Positions 36,629 to 51,075 of a stretch of DNA of 64,000 nt are shown piece by piece (positions within the stretch are counted from its first letter, which is position 1; each line of letters begins with the position of its first letter). The position numbers and the translations under genes were made by a program. Origin of the DNA: Mobula hypostoma (taxonomy: Eukaryota); assembly GCF_963921235.1 (NCBI RefSeq), contig NC_086097.1, positions 26,662,001-26,726,000 of the forward strand, read 5' to 3'. The notes under the pieces were generated by a model. It was not told the DNA's origin. It saw only the letters and a list, made by a program, of their open reading frames with translations, and ran no database searches.

Positions 36629-39600
36629 TACCTGTCCAAGTGTCTTTATTAACTTTGTAACTGTGCACTTTTGCACCTCTACCGCTTCTTTTGATAGTTT
36701 TATATATATATATCCATCATCCTCTGTGCAAAAAAATAGCTGACCCTCAGGACCCCTTAAACCTTTCTCCTCTCACTTTAAACTGGAGAATGAAGGGAGT
36801 TCTTATAGAGTTGTACAAATTACGAGGGGTATAGATATAGTGAATGTATGCAGGCTTGTGTCCAAGATTCTATAATGTCACGTCTTAAGAATTGCCTTGC
36901 ATCTGAATACATATTCCTCATAATTCAAATTTCAAGTTCAAATTTATTGTCATTCAACCTTACACATGTATAGTACTAAACGAGACAATGTTCCTCTGGG
37001 CCAAGATGCACAACACAGTACAAACAACTCATTTATGTTACTCATAAAGTAACATTACCACAAACAAATTAATAATAAGGTGCAAAAAGTCAGTAAGTAA
37101 ACAGTATAATGCTATGTATGTGACCTGGATGGTGGCAGGAGTTCAGTATCTTGTGGCCTGGAGAAAGAAGCTGTTTCCCATCCGAAGAGTTCTTGTCCTA
37201 ATGCTGTGGTACCTCCTGCCTGATGGTAGGGAGTCAAAGAGATTGTTGGATGGAATCATTGACAATGCTAAGTGCCCTGTGTACATAAATATCTCTGATG
37301 GGTGGAAGAGACACCCCAATGATCCTCGCTATCATTTGCAGGGATTTGCATTGAGATGTCTTGCAGTTCCCATACCAGACAGTGATGCAGCCAGTTAAGC
37401 CACCCTCCAAAGACTAGAATGAAGGTGCAGTATGTTTGGGAATTTCCAAATGTTAAAAATGCAACTGATTGAATGAAATGCAGTCCATGTGCAGTGACTG
37501 TCAAACACATGCAGAGCACTGCTGGGATGCTTATCTGATTGGAGAGACAAGAGGAGACATAGATTGAGTGTACAGCCAGAGACTTTTTCCTAGCCAACAC
37601 AAGAGGGCATAATTTAAGGTGATAGGAGGAAAATATAGGATACCTGAGGTAAGAATTTTACACGGAGGGTGGTAGGTGTGTGGAACGTCTGCCGGGGATG
37701 GTGGTAGAGGCAGATACATTAGGGACACTTTTGAAACACTCGGATAGGGATATGGATGAAATTAACATGGAGGGCTATATGTTAGATTGGTCTTGAGTAG
37801 GTCTGAAAGACAGCAAAATATTGTGGGCCAAAGAGCCTGTATGTGCTAGACTGTTTTATATTCTATGTTAATAGCTTTCCAATATAAAGAAAGGTATGAT
37901 TGTCTCATGAAACTAATCTGCCCTCCGTGCCAATGTTAATATTGTACATTATGGACCCTAAGGTATATAAATTCTACTATTAATTATTGTCTTATTTTAA
38001 TAGCACTCTGGAGAGAGGGGATCTGTACAGAAATTGTGTGTGATTTACTTTCTGTGATATTCAGTTGGCTCCCATAAGTAAAAGAGTGAATTTCTGATTT
38101 ACTTAATAGGTGATCGAATGTTATTTTCTCTCAATGCAGCATGACTGTCAGACAGAACCCTGACCAAATTGAGAAATTTGAGTGAATTAATCAAAGCAAA
38201 TTATTTTGATTTCATTACTTCTGAAATTCACCATGACAGCTGTCTTATAGTCCAAGTTGAAATGTTGTATTTAATTAGCAGCTTCTATGGCTAATAATAT
38301 AATTGATGCATTTCGCTGAATTAAAATTTACCCAGATTTGCATGTAACTTAATTAAGATAATTTCCATAGGTTTTGCCTATGTAACTGGAATGGGTGTGA
38401 AAATGCTTGTTTATCTAAGATTCCAGGTATTGGGTATTGATGATAGAACCTTGGAACTAACTGTGCAAAGAATCAGGATCAGAATTAGGTTTATTATGAC
38501 TGAAATGTCGTGAAATTTGTTGTTTTGCAGCAGCAGTACAGTGCAATATGTAAATACTATAAATTACAGTAAGTAAAATATAAAAGAAAATTAAATTAAA
38601 TAAGTAGTGCAAAAAGAGAACAAAAATAGTGAGGTAGTGTTCATGGGTTCATCGTAGGTTTGTAGATCAGATGGCAGAGAGGAGAAGCTGTTCCTAAAAC
38701 ATCAACGGTGGGTATTTCTGGTCCTGTAGCTCCTCCCCAATGGCAGCAATGAGAAGAGGGCATGTTCTTGGTGTTGGGAGGAAAGAATAGGGGGAATGTC
38801 AGAGGTAAGTTTTTTTATGCAGAGGGTGGAGAGTGTGGAATGCGCTGCCAGGGGTGGAGCAGAGTCAGATATATTAGGGACATGTAAGAGACTTAGATAG
38901 GCACATGGATGACAGAAAAATGGAGGGCTCTGTAGGAGAGAAGTGTTAGTTTGATCTTAAGAGTAGGTCAAAACGTCAACACAACATTGTGGGCCGTAGG
39001 ACCCAATCTGTGCTGTACTGTTCTCTGTTCAAATTCATATCATAGTTTAGTCTTAAATTCCACGCACACCCAGAGAGCTTGAAGGAACTTCATTGGACCT
39101 GACTGCATTGTTGCTTACCCCGACCAACTCTTGCCTTAACCCAGATTTTGTCTTAGGAAGAGAGTCTGCAGCTGGAAAGTATTTACACTAGTGATTACTC
39201 TGCGTTGTATTTATTACTGTAACTCTGCCCCACATAATTATACTGCATTAATCACCACGAGGATGTATCACTTTCTTCATTCATGCATGGGATGAGGGCA
39301 TTACTGGCAAGGCCACATATTATCCATTCCCGATTACCCTTGTGATGGTGCTAGGGTGATGCCTTCCTGAACTGCTGATGTCCTTCAGATGAGGGTGATC
39401 CTATAGGGAATTCTGGGATTTAGAACCAGCACCAGTGGCAAAATAATAAAAAAAAGTCATACTGTCTCCTCTCCAGAATCAGAATCAGTGCAATACATAA
39501 AATTCTCCTATCAGGCAGAATACGGACAAACTTGAGAGCAGGACCTCTTCTGGCCCACTATATCACACTCACATTAGCTGAAGATTGAACTCTTGAACTC

Positions 39601-39699
39601 CCAGTCGACCCTTTCAGGAACCTACTTGTCTACCTGTTGTGTTTTCTGTGTTTCTGTAACATTAATCTGTATTCTGTTATCTTGTTTACTATCTTGAAG

Positions 39700-39935
39700 G
39701 GTGACATAGTTAGCGTAAGGCTATTACAGCGCCGTCAAACTGGGTTCAATTCCCGCTGCTGTCTGTAGAACGTTGCACATTCTCCCTGTGACAGCGCACG
39801 TTTCCTCCGGGTGCTCTGGTTTCCTCCCACATTCTGAAGACATAGAGGTCATTAGGTCAATTGGTTACATTGGTGTATTTGGGCAGTGCAGTCCCATTGG
39901 GCTGTTACAGTGCTGTATCTCTAGATAATAGAAAT
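39700..39935 (+). mobile_element. V-domain tRNA-SINE
   Basis: B box GGTTCAATTCC, then TTTCCTCCGGGTGCTCTGGTTTCCTCCCACATTC. Confidence 0.7.
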
Positions 39936-42900
39936 GAAAATTATGTAAGGCATGATCTGTCTAGATAGCACACAAACAGAAGCTTTTCACTGTGTCGTTC
40001 TACATGTGACAATACTGAACCTAAAAGGATGGTATGTGTCTTAGAGGGAATTTGCAGGTAGTGGTATTGGTTGTAGACACAAGATTTGCAGATGCTGGAA
40101 TCTGGAGCAACAGACAATCTGCTGGGGGATCTCAGAGGATCGAGCAGTTTTACATATCCATGGTGCATGCTGCCTTGGTAGAACGCGATTCTGATTCTGG
40201 TGAAGTTTATGGGCCCAGGAGACACTGATGGAGTGACCTTGGCAAGTAAATGCAGTGCATTTTGTGGATGACAGACACTATGCTGCATTGGTAGATGGAA
40301 TGAAAGTTTAGGGTGGTGGATAGAGTAAGGTAGGGTCCTGAATAGCCTTGAGCTTCTTGAGTGTTGGTGGAGCTCCATTCATCTATCTAAGACCATCACA
40401 GGCACAACCTTCCCAAGGTGGTGCGTGAAGAAGGCATCATCCATTACGTATACACTCACCACCCAGGACATGGCCTCTTCTCCTTGTTATCATCAGGGAG
40501 GAGGTACAGGGGCCTGAATACACATACTCAATGTTTTAAGGACAGCTTCTTCCTCTTTACCATCAGATGTCTGGAAGGTTCATGAACACTACTTTGCCAT
40601 TCCTCTTTTCCACTATTTATATCTGTTTCTTTGGTTTTGTGTTTATTGTAGCTTATAGTAATTTTTACATCTTGCAATGCACTGCTGCCATAAAACAACA
40701 GGTAATAAACCTGACTCAGCAGTAAGACTGATATTCCAGTGCACATGGGATTTCCGTGGTGCCAGTCGTAGGTACTCTGAACTATTGTATGATATTTGAA
40801 AATCCACCAATACACCTTCATTCACATTTTTTAAGATGCTATTGGAATTATAATGATATTTTCTGGTGAGCCAAGCGAGTTTGAGGGGAACACAGGAATT
40901 GGGGTCTCGGGGAATGGGATGGGTGAGCCAGTGACCGAACCATCGGGATGTCTGAAGAGTCCAAGACCGGATCCTTGGTGACTTTACTTTATTAATTTGA
41001 CCTCCGTCAGCACCTGAGGTTCCTTTGACAGTGGTGGAGCCCAGAACATGAGTTCATAGCTGTGCAACTCCCGTATTTTTCATTACATGACTCACCGTCA
41101 AACTTTTCCCTGATGTTGACAGCTCCAAGGCTGACTCCTGGGATGCCACCATTGGCAGTTAAACATGGTGTGTGGGAGCAGGCTGCCAGGCTAACAGTGT
41201 GTGTGAGAGATGACCTGGAGCCAAAGGGCCCCTTTGGGCCCCATATCTAAGAAAGGATGTGTTGGTATTCAAGAGGAGATTCATGAAAATTAACCCAGGA
41301 ATAAAAGGGTTAATGCATAAGATGCATTTGCTGGCTCTGGCCTGTACTCATTGGAGTTTGGAAGAACGAGCTGGGGTCTCATTGAAACCTATCAAATATT
41401 GAAAGAGCAAGACAGCATGGACATGGAGAAGAGAACTGAGAGGGAAAATAAATCCAAGTCAATTCAAAATAAATTTATTATCAAAGTACATAATGTATAC
41501 CCAATGTCACTACACACTACCTTAACATTCATTTAAGACAATAAGACGTAGAGACAAAATTAGACTATTTGGCCCACTAAGTCTGCTCTGCTATTCCACC
41601 ATGGATGATTTATTATCCCTCTCAACCACCTGCCTTCTGCCTATAACCTTTGATGCCATTACTAAGCAAGAACCCTATCAATCTCTGCTTTAACTATACC
41701 CAATAACTTGGCCACCACAGCCACCTATGGCAATGAATTCCACAGATTTACCACCTTCTGGATAAAGAACTTCCTCCTCATCCCCTCATGGTTCTATTCT
41801 GTGGCTGTGCCCTCTGGGCCAGTATCCTCGACCACAGGAAATATCTTCTCCATATGCACACTATCTAGGTCTTTTTGCAGGCATTTGCAGGAAAATAAAG
41901 AAATATAACAGTATTTCTGAAAAGCTATATATGAGTAAAGACTGAGAGACAACCAATGTGCAAAAGAAGACAAATTGTGCACATGGAAAAATATGACACC
42001 GAGAACATGAGTTGTAGAGTCCTTGAAAATGAGTCTGTAGGTTGTGGAATCAGACCAGAGTTATAGTGAGTGAAGTTATCCTCGCTGGTACAGGAGCCTG
42101 ATGGTTGTGGGGTAATAACTGTTCCTGAACCTGGTGGTGTGGGACCTGAGACTCTTGTACCTCCTTCCTGATGGTAGCAGCGAGAAGAGAGCATGGCCTG
42201 GATGGCAGGGATACGTCAACCCTGATCGATTGGCAAGGCAGACTTGATGGTACAAATGGCCTCATTCTGCTCCTATGTCTTATGGCCAAAGCAGAAGGAG
42301 TTAAAAAAAGGAAATGATCTGTAAAAGTACACCCACACATGAATGTAAATGGTTTTCAAACAAAAAACAAATAATTAAAAAATGCCACGAGGAAAGGAAA
42401 AGTAGCATTAAGACCAATAGGATCCAAGGCTTTCATATGGAGATCAGAGTTACTGACCAAATTCACAGCCAGTCTCTCTGTCTGGCAGCCACAGGATGAC
42501 TGACAAAATCTGTTCACTGTATCCATTCCAATCCCTTTGAAGTTCACCAAGAATAAATGAAATCAAGTAACTTGGTGTTGCTGACAGCTGAAAAAAGCAC
42601 TGTTAAATCTGGATGGAGTGCAGTCTCTCCATTGCCTGGGTTGTCACGGAAATGAATTACTAGGGTAGTATCATGGGCAATGTTAGGTAGTACCAATGTG
42701 CAATGTCAGGGGAGAAAATATCGAGGGACGCAGTGGGTTAAGGTTCCTGAGTGTGGAGTGCACATGAGGTCCATCCTCCAGACTATCAATCCCATGGTAA
42801 GTGAGAGAGAGGGAAGGAGAGGGATCTGTCCATTTGGAAAGAATAGTCAGTAAGCGACAGGGAAACTAAGGACTGGGAGAGAGCCGGCCACAGAGAGAGG

Positions 42901-45594
42901 TATGAGGAGATATAGAACAAAGTGTTACTGTTTTCAAATGGAGGAGGGAGGAAGTGGGAGGAGGGGAGATTTCCTGATCAGTCAGGGCATCAAAGTATAT
43001 GGCGAGAAGGCGGGTATATGGGGTTGAGTGGGATCCGGGATCAGCCATGATTGAATGGTGGAGCAGACTCGATGGGCTGAATGGCCTAATTCTGCTCCTA
43101 TGTCTTATGGCCTTATGGAGAGAAGAAAGAGAGGAGAGAGAAGAGAGAAAAATTTTGAAAACAACTGTACAGGTCCTCCATAGAGCCAATGAGGTAATTT
43201 ACAAGAGTAGGCACTGCTGTGCACTATATATGTATGTATTTAATTATTTATGTTTGTAACTTGTAGTGATTTCATGTATCACACTGTTCTGCTGCCACAA
43301 CACAATAAATTTCACCACATATTTCAGGGCTACTAATGCTGATTCTGATTAATATAGTTCTTTCAGCATAGCAAGATCCCACAAACACCAGTGGGATAGA
43401 CACCAGGTAACTGGCTTCGATAACACTGGCCAAGTCACTGAATATTCTCCTGGTCTGGCCATTGACTCTCCTGGTTTCATGTATCCGTAAGGTGGAAGAG
43501 GCCATCAGCAGGAAATCAGACCCAAGACCGAGGCTGGGTGTGTGGGGTGTGGGGGGGAACATGGCCCAGGGCAATGTAAAGATTGTCAGGAAGGGCAGGT
43601 TGTCAGAGAGAGAAGCAGCCTAACTTGGCCGTGATGTGGTGAATATACTGGGCTGAAGGGAGGGCTGTCTTCCGAGACAAAGGATGACGCATCAGTTACA
43701 GGAACCAATTCTGCATCCGTATAACTGTTCTTTAATCTGTCAGGTAGCAGCACTTGCAGAGGAGTGCAACCATCATCAAGTGTGGAGTTAACAGGGAAAG
43801 CCTCCACCAACCCTTAATAGAATGCAGTAGAAAGAGAAAACATGAAAAAATATAAATAAATGTAGAAGCAATAAATAAGGTGATATTACGTTAGATTGGA
43901 GAACCTTCAGGGATACAAATGAGTGGGATCTCATTGAAGCCTACACTGGATATTGAAAGGTCTGGATATTGTGTACAGTACATGGATAGGATGTTGTCAA
44001 GAGCTGGACAGTCGAGGACCAGAGGGTACCGCCTCAGAATACAAAGACAACCCTATAGAACAGAGATGAGGAGGAATTTCTTTAGCCAGAGGGTGGTGAA
44101 TCTGCAGAATTCATTGCCACAGGTTGTGGAGTCAAATGGAGGTTGATAGGTTCTTGATTAGTAAGGGTGTCAAAGTTATGGGGAGGAGGCAGGAGAGTGG
44201 GATTGAAAGGGAAATGATTGAACGGCAGAGCAGGCTTGATGGGCTGAAATGCTTAAATCTGCTCCTGTGCCTTATGGATTGGTGGTCTATAGACCACATG
44301 CTGACAGTACTCAATTTGCGCTACATAGCTGCGATTTCCTCAGACAGGCTGGCTGTAAGTGGTATCCCTCCAGGAAACAGCAGATGGGGAAATCAACCGC
44401 ACAAAGTCATGGAATATGAATTACAGACACCACTGAGGGATGAAGTCCTTCTTGTCACACAGGCTTTATTAGTTTCCTACTGGTGGTCCATCACAGCCTC
44501 AAAATCCCTGAAGCTGACATGACCATCCGAATCCCGGTCCACTTCCCTGCAAAGAAGAGAACATGGATCAGTCGGCAGGAGAACAATGATCTTCCTTCAA
44601 TATAGCAACTTTCTAAATGTTGAGGATTCCTTTTCTCTGCTGGTTGGCAGACATGGCTGTACCTGAGTGGCCCGATACAAATGCTGGGTTTCCAGCGCAG
44701 CAACCCTCCAAGTACGCAGTGATATTGAGAATCAGAATTGTGTTGTAGTGGGAACTCCACAAGGTTGGCAGGCCACTTGCTAATTTCCTCTTAATTCACA
44801 AAGAACATAGACACAAGAATGTGAGGAAAATGGAAGGATATGGATTTTGCGCAGGTAGAAGAGATTTGTTTAGTTGGCCATTTGATTACTAATTTAAATG
44901 GTTTGGCACAACATTGTGGGCTGAAGGGCCTGTTCTTGAGATGTACTGTTCTACATCACAGTACAGCTCCTTCGGCCCATAATGTTGTGCGATCTTTTAA
45001 CCTAACAATCTAACCCTTCCCTCCCACAAAGGCCTACATTTATCTTTCATCCGAATGCCTATCCAAGAGCTAATCCCTTTAATCTTTAAAATAAATATTA
45101 TTACTACAGGGTAGAATTTATGGGCCACTGCATTAGCGGCTAAAAAAAAATCCTGTGCAAAGTAACTGCAGGGAGCAGATTCATCCCTTTTGTATCCGGA
45201 ATGATTTCTATGTTGGCAGCTGCATTTCCATCAGACCTGGCACCACTCTGAACATCAACTTAACTACCAGTGTTAAGGAATGGCTGACAGCCACACACCT
45301 GACAATTTTGTTAATGAGGTTCAGTTGCAAGAGGGCTGTTAGAAATGATTCGCTGATAATGGTGTGCTGTGGCCTCAGTGTTGGCTTATGCCCTGTGCCA
45401 ACGACACAGTGATGGTACCCACTCTGGGTCTACCCAGGTCCCTCACTTCATCAACTGTTACCAGCCAATGGGGCAATGAGTTCTCTGGGACTCGCCTGTA
45501 TCTCCCTGAAAAGGAGGAGGAAAAGAAAAGTAGACAACAAAAGACTGCACTGATATGGTGCCCTCAACGTAACGACCAACCCATGGCGGCACTG

Positions 45595-45890
45595 AGTGGC
45601 ACACTAGCAGTTAGTGTAAAGCTCTACAGCGCCCGCGGTCGGAAGATCAGGGTTTAATTCCTGCTGCTCTCTTTACCATCTCCCTGTAATTGTGCGGGTT
45701 TCCTCTGGATGCTCTGGTTTCCTCCCACATTCCAAAGATGTACAGGTTAGGGTTAGTAAGTTGTGGGTATGACGCCTGCCGACCACCCCTAATACATCCA
45801 CAGACTCAGTTGGTCGTTGATGCAAACGACACATTTCACTCTACGTTTCAAAGTTTCCATGTGTGTATGACAAATAAAGCTAATCTTTAC
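45595..45890 (+). mobile_element. V-domain tRNA-SINE with ...TGACAAATAAAGCTAATCTTTA tail
   Basis: tRNA-like head, V-domain and shared tail; similar copies near 30640, 51305, 52740, 54815 and 56690 (minus). Confidence 0.65.
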
Positions 45891-47779
45891 ACAAAAGACT
45901 GGGCAAGGGGGCATTCATCATGGAGTGTCATAAAATAAGGAGGGAGACTTAGGAAAGGAACTCCACTGGGTAGGACTTTGGAAGCTAGTGGGGCAATTAA
46001 ATTTGGTGACGATCAAGAAGGCAGGTATGCAGGAATGCAAACTCATAGTCATAGAGAGAAATAGCACAGAAAAAGGACTTTGGACCACCCCACTTCCCCC
46101 ACCAAGTCCACATGACCGTCCATTGTCCATTTAAGCAAATCCAACATTAATCCCATTTTATTCACCCTACATTCTTAATTGGAAAGGTACATTGATGGGA
46201 GGAGTACAGATGGCTATGGTCCAGGTGCAAGTCAATGGGACTAGGCAGAATAATAGTTTGGCATGACCTAGAAGGGCCAAAGGGCCTGTTTCTGTGCTGT
46301 AGTGCTCTATGACTCTATAACAATGCCCCTCAGATTCTACCACACACCAACACTCTCACAGCAACTTACAGAGGCCAATTAACTACCAACTTGAGTCATA
46401 CAGCATGCAAACAGGCCCTTTGCTCCAACAGGTCAATGCCGACCAAGACTGATACATAAGAAGGCAGCAGTTCTACTTCATCGAGAGTTTGAGGGAATTG
46501 TTATGTCACCAAAGACTCTATAGATGTAAGATAGAAAGCATACTGACTGGTTGCCTCACCGCCTGGTATGAAAAGTCAAATGCATAGGGTCACAAGAGGC
46601 TGCAAAGGGTTGTAGACTGGGCCACCTCTATCATGGGCACAATCCTCCCTGTCATTGCCGACACCTTCGAGAGCCAGTGCCTTCAGAAGGGGGGCATCAA
46701 TCATGAAGCATGTCCTCACCGTCCAGGACATGCTCTCTTCTTATTATTACTATAAGGGACGAGGAACAGGAGACTGAAGACCCACACTCAAAGATTCAGA
46801 ATCAGGTTCTTCCCCTCTACCATCAGGTTTCTGAACGGTCTCTGTACCAGTACAATTGCATCCTAGCCTGTGTTAGCAGTATCTGGCAAAACAGGGTGGG
46901 GGGGGTCATATTAACAATGAGGGCAGATGGGGGCTATCAAGACTATTCCACATTCACCAAGACGCCTTTGCTGATCTAATTTTCTAATTCAGTTCTAATA
47001 CTCTGCCCTGGATTCCCATCATAACAAATAAATGAGATACTGCCTTGCCTTTCTTAGAAGTTTGTGTTGATCACGCTCCGATATGTAAACACCAACGCCC
47101 AGGAATGGAAAAGCCTACAGAAAAAGGTGGACACAGCCCAGTCCATTACAGGCAAAACCCTCTCCACCACTGAGTGAGAAGAGCTTTGCTTACCTCAACT
47201 CTCAACTGATTCTACAACCTACAGACTCACTTTCAAGTACTCTACAACTCAGGCTCTCAATATTATTTACTTTTTATTTGCATAATTTGTCTTCTTTTGC
47301 ACATTGGCTGTTTATCAGTCTTCGTTTATGTAGAGTGTTTTTCATAAATTCAGTTGTTTTTTTTTATTTTCCTGTAAATGCCTGCAAGAAAATGAATCTC
47401 AAGGTAGTATATGGTAACAGACAGTATATGCACTTTGATAATAAACTTACTTTGACTTTGAGTAAATGTACATGGAGCACTGTCACAGAAAAGCAGCATC
47501 TATCATCAAAGACCCTCACCATCCAGGCCATGCTCTCTTCTCTTTGTTACTATCGGACCTAGGAGGTACAGAAGCCTTGGGTCCCACACTGTTAGGTTTA
47601 GAAACAGTTATTACCCTACAACCTTCAGGTTCCTGAATCGGCGTAGATAACTTCATTCATGGCTACCCTGAACTGATTCTACAACCTACAGACCCACTTT
47701 CAAAGACTCTTTACAACTCATGTTCTCAGTACTATTTTTATTTGTATTTTTTATTTGACTTTATTTGGTGGGGGGAGAG

Positions 47780-48484
47780 TGTAAGGGGGTTTCTTTTTTG
47801 TGTCACTGTGTAGTCTAATTAAAATGGCTTCTTTGTTATGTTATAATTGAAAGGGCTTCTTTGTTATGTTAACTGCTGAGAAAGTCCTTCCCGCTAGCAG
47901 TTTGTTTTGGATTATCTATTGATACGAGGACAAATGAACCAATTGCGATAGTTGTTATGCTTTTGGTGTGTCTGAAGATATTGTATGTGTGGGATTTTGG
48001 GGGAGAAGGCGGGAGAGAGAGACAGAGGATGGACCAGGTGCTGTGAGTCCGCTAACGGGGTCGGACCCCGAGCGGGGCGTTTGGCGAGGAGAGGAGACGG
48101 AGACGGACTTGTGTGGAGCATCTGGTCGACCACCGATGTTGGTCCCAGGCGGCCGGTCGAGGTGGTCCGAGGGGTCGCAGGGTGAAGAAGAAGGGTCCTG
48201 AGCTCCAACTGTTTGTGCATGAAGAGATTGACCTTTGATAAGTGTGGCGCCTTTTATTTTCCTTTTATATTTTATTCTCTATTAATTATATGGTTCCAGT
48301 AATATCTATAAACTGTAAATCATTTAATCGTATCTGGTGTATTGTCTGTTATTTGGGCGGGGTGGGGTACATCACACAGCATCCACACAAACTAACTACC
48401 CAGTTTGGTGGGGCCGAGAGCTGTTTCCCTAGACGACAGCGAGCCGTGCGACCCTGAGGTTGGCCGGGGGGTGGGGGGGCAACA
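47780..48484 (+). mobile_element. Solo LTR, related to 4694-5279
   Basis: TGTAA...CAACA termini, CpG-rich body, shared blocks with 4694-5279. Confidence 0.6.
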
Positions 48485-49869
48485 GAAGTATAACCATATA
48501 ACATATAGCCATATAACAAATACAGCACGGTCCTTCTAGTCCGTGCCGAACTCTTACTCTCACCTAGTCCCACCGACCTGCATTTGGCCCATAACCCTCC
48601 ATTCCTTTCCTGTCCATATATCTATCCAATTTAACTTTAAACGACAAGTACTTTTCCAAACTTCTCTTAAATGTTGCAATTGATCCCTCATCCACCACTT
48701 CCTGTGGAAGCTTGACACACACTTGCACCATCCTCTGAATGGTGAAGTTCTACCTTAAATATCTCACCTTTCTAACCCTCAACCTATGACCTCTAGTTCT
48801 AGTTTCCTCCAAGCTCAGTGGGAAAAGCTTCTTTGCTTTTACCCTACCTGTACCTCTCATAATGTTGTGTATATAGACAGTGTGTATAAAAGAGACTGCT
48901 ACTCTGGCAGAAGGCAGCAGCGTGGGGATTCCAGGCAGGTCTGCATGCAGATTTTAATCACCGCCTCGCTTTTCGTCCTGACTGATCTGTGAAACAGAAC
49001 ACATTAGACCGTGGGACCATCTGGACAAGTCTAAAATAACGCAAGGGGAAGGAGGGCAAGGTGGGGCAGAGTTACTGCGCCTCACCTGCCTGATAGGAAT
49101 GGTCAAAGATGAACACTGCAGACTTGTACTCTGGTGATGAACCAGCAGTAACAAAACAGATTGCACATGCTTGTACAACTCCCGAGGGTCATCATTGTTG
49201 AGAGCAACTCCTAAACTAAAATTCCTATTCTTGTTTTTAAATTCGTCCAGGGGCCTTGTCTCTCTTGGCAAACTCTTGTTGTCCTAAAAATCCTCTAAAA
49301 CCTCAGTGATCCTCTTTTCTTCTTCAGACCCTTGACAAAATCTACCTCATCATGGCTTTGCACCGTAATGTCTGCCTACACAGCACTTTCTCTATAATTG
49401 TAACACCTTATTCTGCATTCTGTTATTGTTTTCTCTTGCCTCTGTGCACTGTTGTAATGAATATTGATCTGTATGGATGCCACGCAAAAACAAACTTTTT
49501 CACTGTATGTCGCTACATGTAACAATAATAAATTCATTTACCAAGCAGTCTCTTTTTTTAATTTAGAGATACAGCACGGTAGCAGGCCCCTCCGGTCCAA
49601 TCAGCCTGCCACAAACAAGAGAAAATCTACAGACACTAGAAGTCAAAGTAACACATGCAATGCTGGAGGAACTCAGCAGGCCAGGCAGCATCTATGGAAA
49701 AAAGTAAACAATCAACATTTTGGGCCGAGACCCTTCATCAGGAGCTACGATGGTGCTTAACAACCACCCATTCAAGCTCATCTGTGGAAACACCTTAATT
49801 TCTACCTTTGATGTCTCTCTTTCCCCTTTTCAAGGTGGATGGGGTTCTGTCGGAGACCCTGACCTAGAA

Positions 49870-51075
49870 TTACACTCAGACTACAGTTCTCTTCTACTTC
49901 ATGCACGTCTACCCTCACCCCATCCACTCGCCACCCCACCAGGGAGAGGGTTCCTCTTGTCCTCACCCACCACCCCACCAGCTTCCGCGTCTAGCACATA
50001 TTTCTTCGTAACCTCTACCATCTCCAATGTAATTCCCCCCCTCCCCTCACTTTCTGCAGGGATTGCTTCATATGCGACTCCCTTGTCCCTTCGTTCCTCC
50101 CCACCGATCTCCCTCCTGGCAAGCGGAATAAGTGCCACACCTGCCCCTACACCGCCTCCCTCACTACCATTCAGGACCCCAAACAGGTGAGGCGACACTT
50201 CACCTGTGAGTCTGTTGGGGTCGTCTGCTGTATGGAAACATAGAAAACCTACAGCACAATACAGGCCCTTTGGCCCACAAAGCTAGGCATGTCCTTACCT
50301 AAGAAATTACCCATAGTCCTCTATTTTTCTGAGCTCCATATACCTGTCCAGGAGTCTCTTAAAAGACCCTATCATATGCGGTGGTCCTGGTGTGGCCTCT
50401 TGTATATTGGTGAGATCTGACGTAGATTAGGAGACTGCTTCTCTGAACACCTATGCACCGTTTGCCGGAAGAAGCAGGATCTCCCAGGGGCCACCCATTT
50501 TAATTTCACTTCCTATTCCCATTCCGTTATGTCAGTCCATGGCCTCCTCTACTGCTGTGATGAGACCACACCCAGATTGGAGGAGCAACACCTTATATTC
50601 CATCTGGGTAGCCTCCATCCTGATGGCATGAGCATCGACTTCTCTAACCTAGTATTTGCCCACCCCCTCTCCTTCACTATTCCCATTTCCTTCTCTCACC
50701 TTATCTCCTTGCCTGCCCATCACCTCCCTCTGGTGCTCCTCCCCCTTCCCTTTATTCCATGGCCTTCTGTCCTTTCCTGTCAGACTCCCACTTCTCCTGT
50801 CCTTTGTCTCTTTCACCCATCAACTTCCCAGCTCTTTACTTCACCCCTCCCACTTTCCCGGTTTCACCGATCACCTTGTGTTTCTCCCTCCCCTCTCCCC
50901 ACCTTTTAACTTTACTCCTCATCCTTTTTTTTCCTCCAGACTTGCTGAAGGGTTTTGGCCCGAAATGTCGACTGTTTACTCTTTTCCATAGACGCTGCCT
51001 GGCCTGCTGAGTTCCTCCAGCGTTTTGTGTGCGACTTTGATTTCCTGCATCTGTAGATTTTCTCTTCTTTGTGTT
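49870..51075 (+). mobile_element. Penelope-like element fragment interrupted by a short CR1 3' end (~50235-50372)
   Basis: MSVHGLLYCCDETTPRLEEQHLIFHLGSLHPDGMSIDFS, then the terminal repeat with a decayed hammerhead at ~50938-50975. Confidence 0.8.

Noticed and set aside
39700..39780. tRNA genes at B-box-like GGTTCAATTCC sites
   Set aside because: No cloverleaf; each continues into a V-domain SINE body.
48880..48900. TATAAAAG as a plus-strand promoter
   Set aside because: Isolated motif beside a CR1 fragment with no supporting downstream gene structure.
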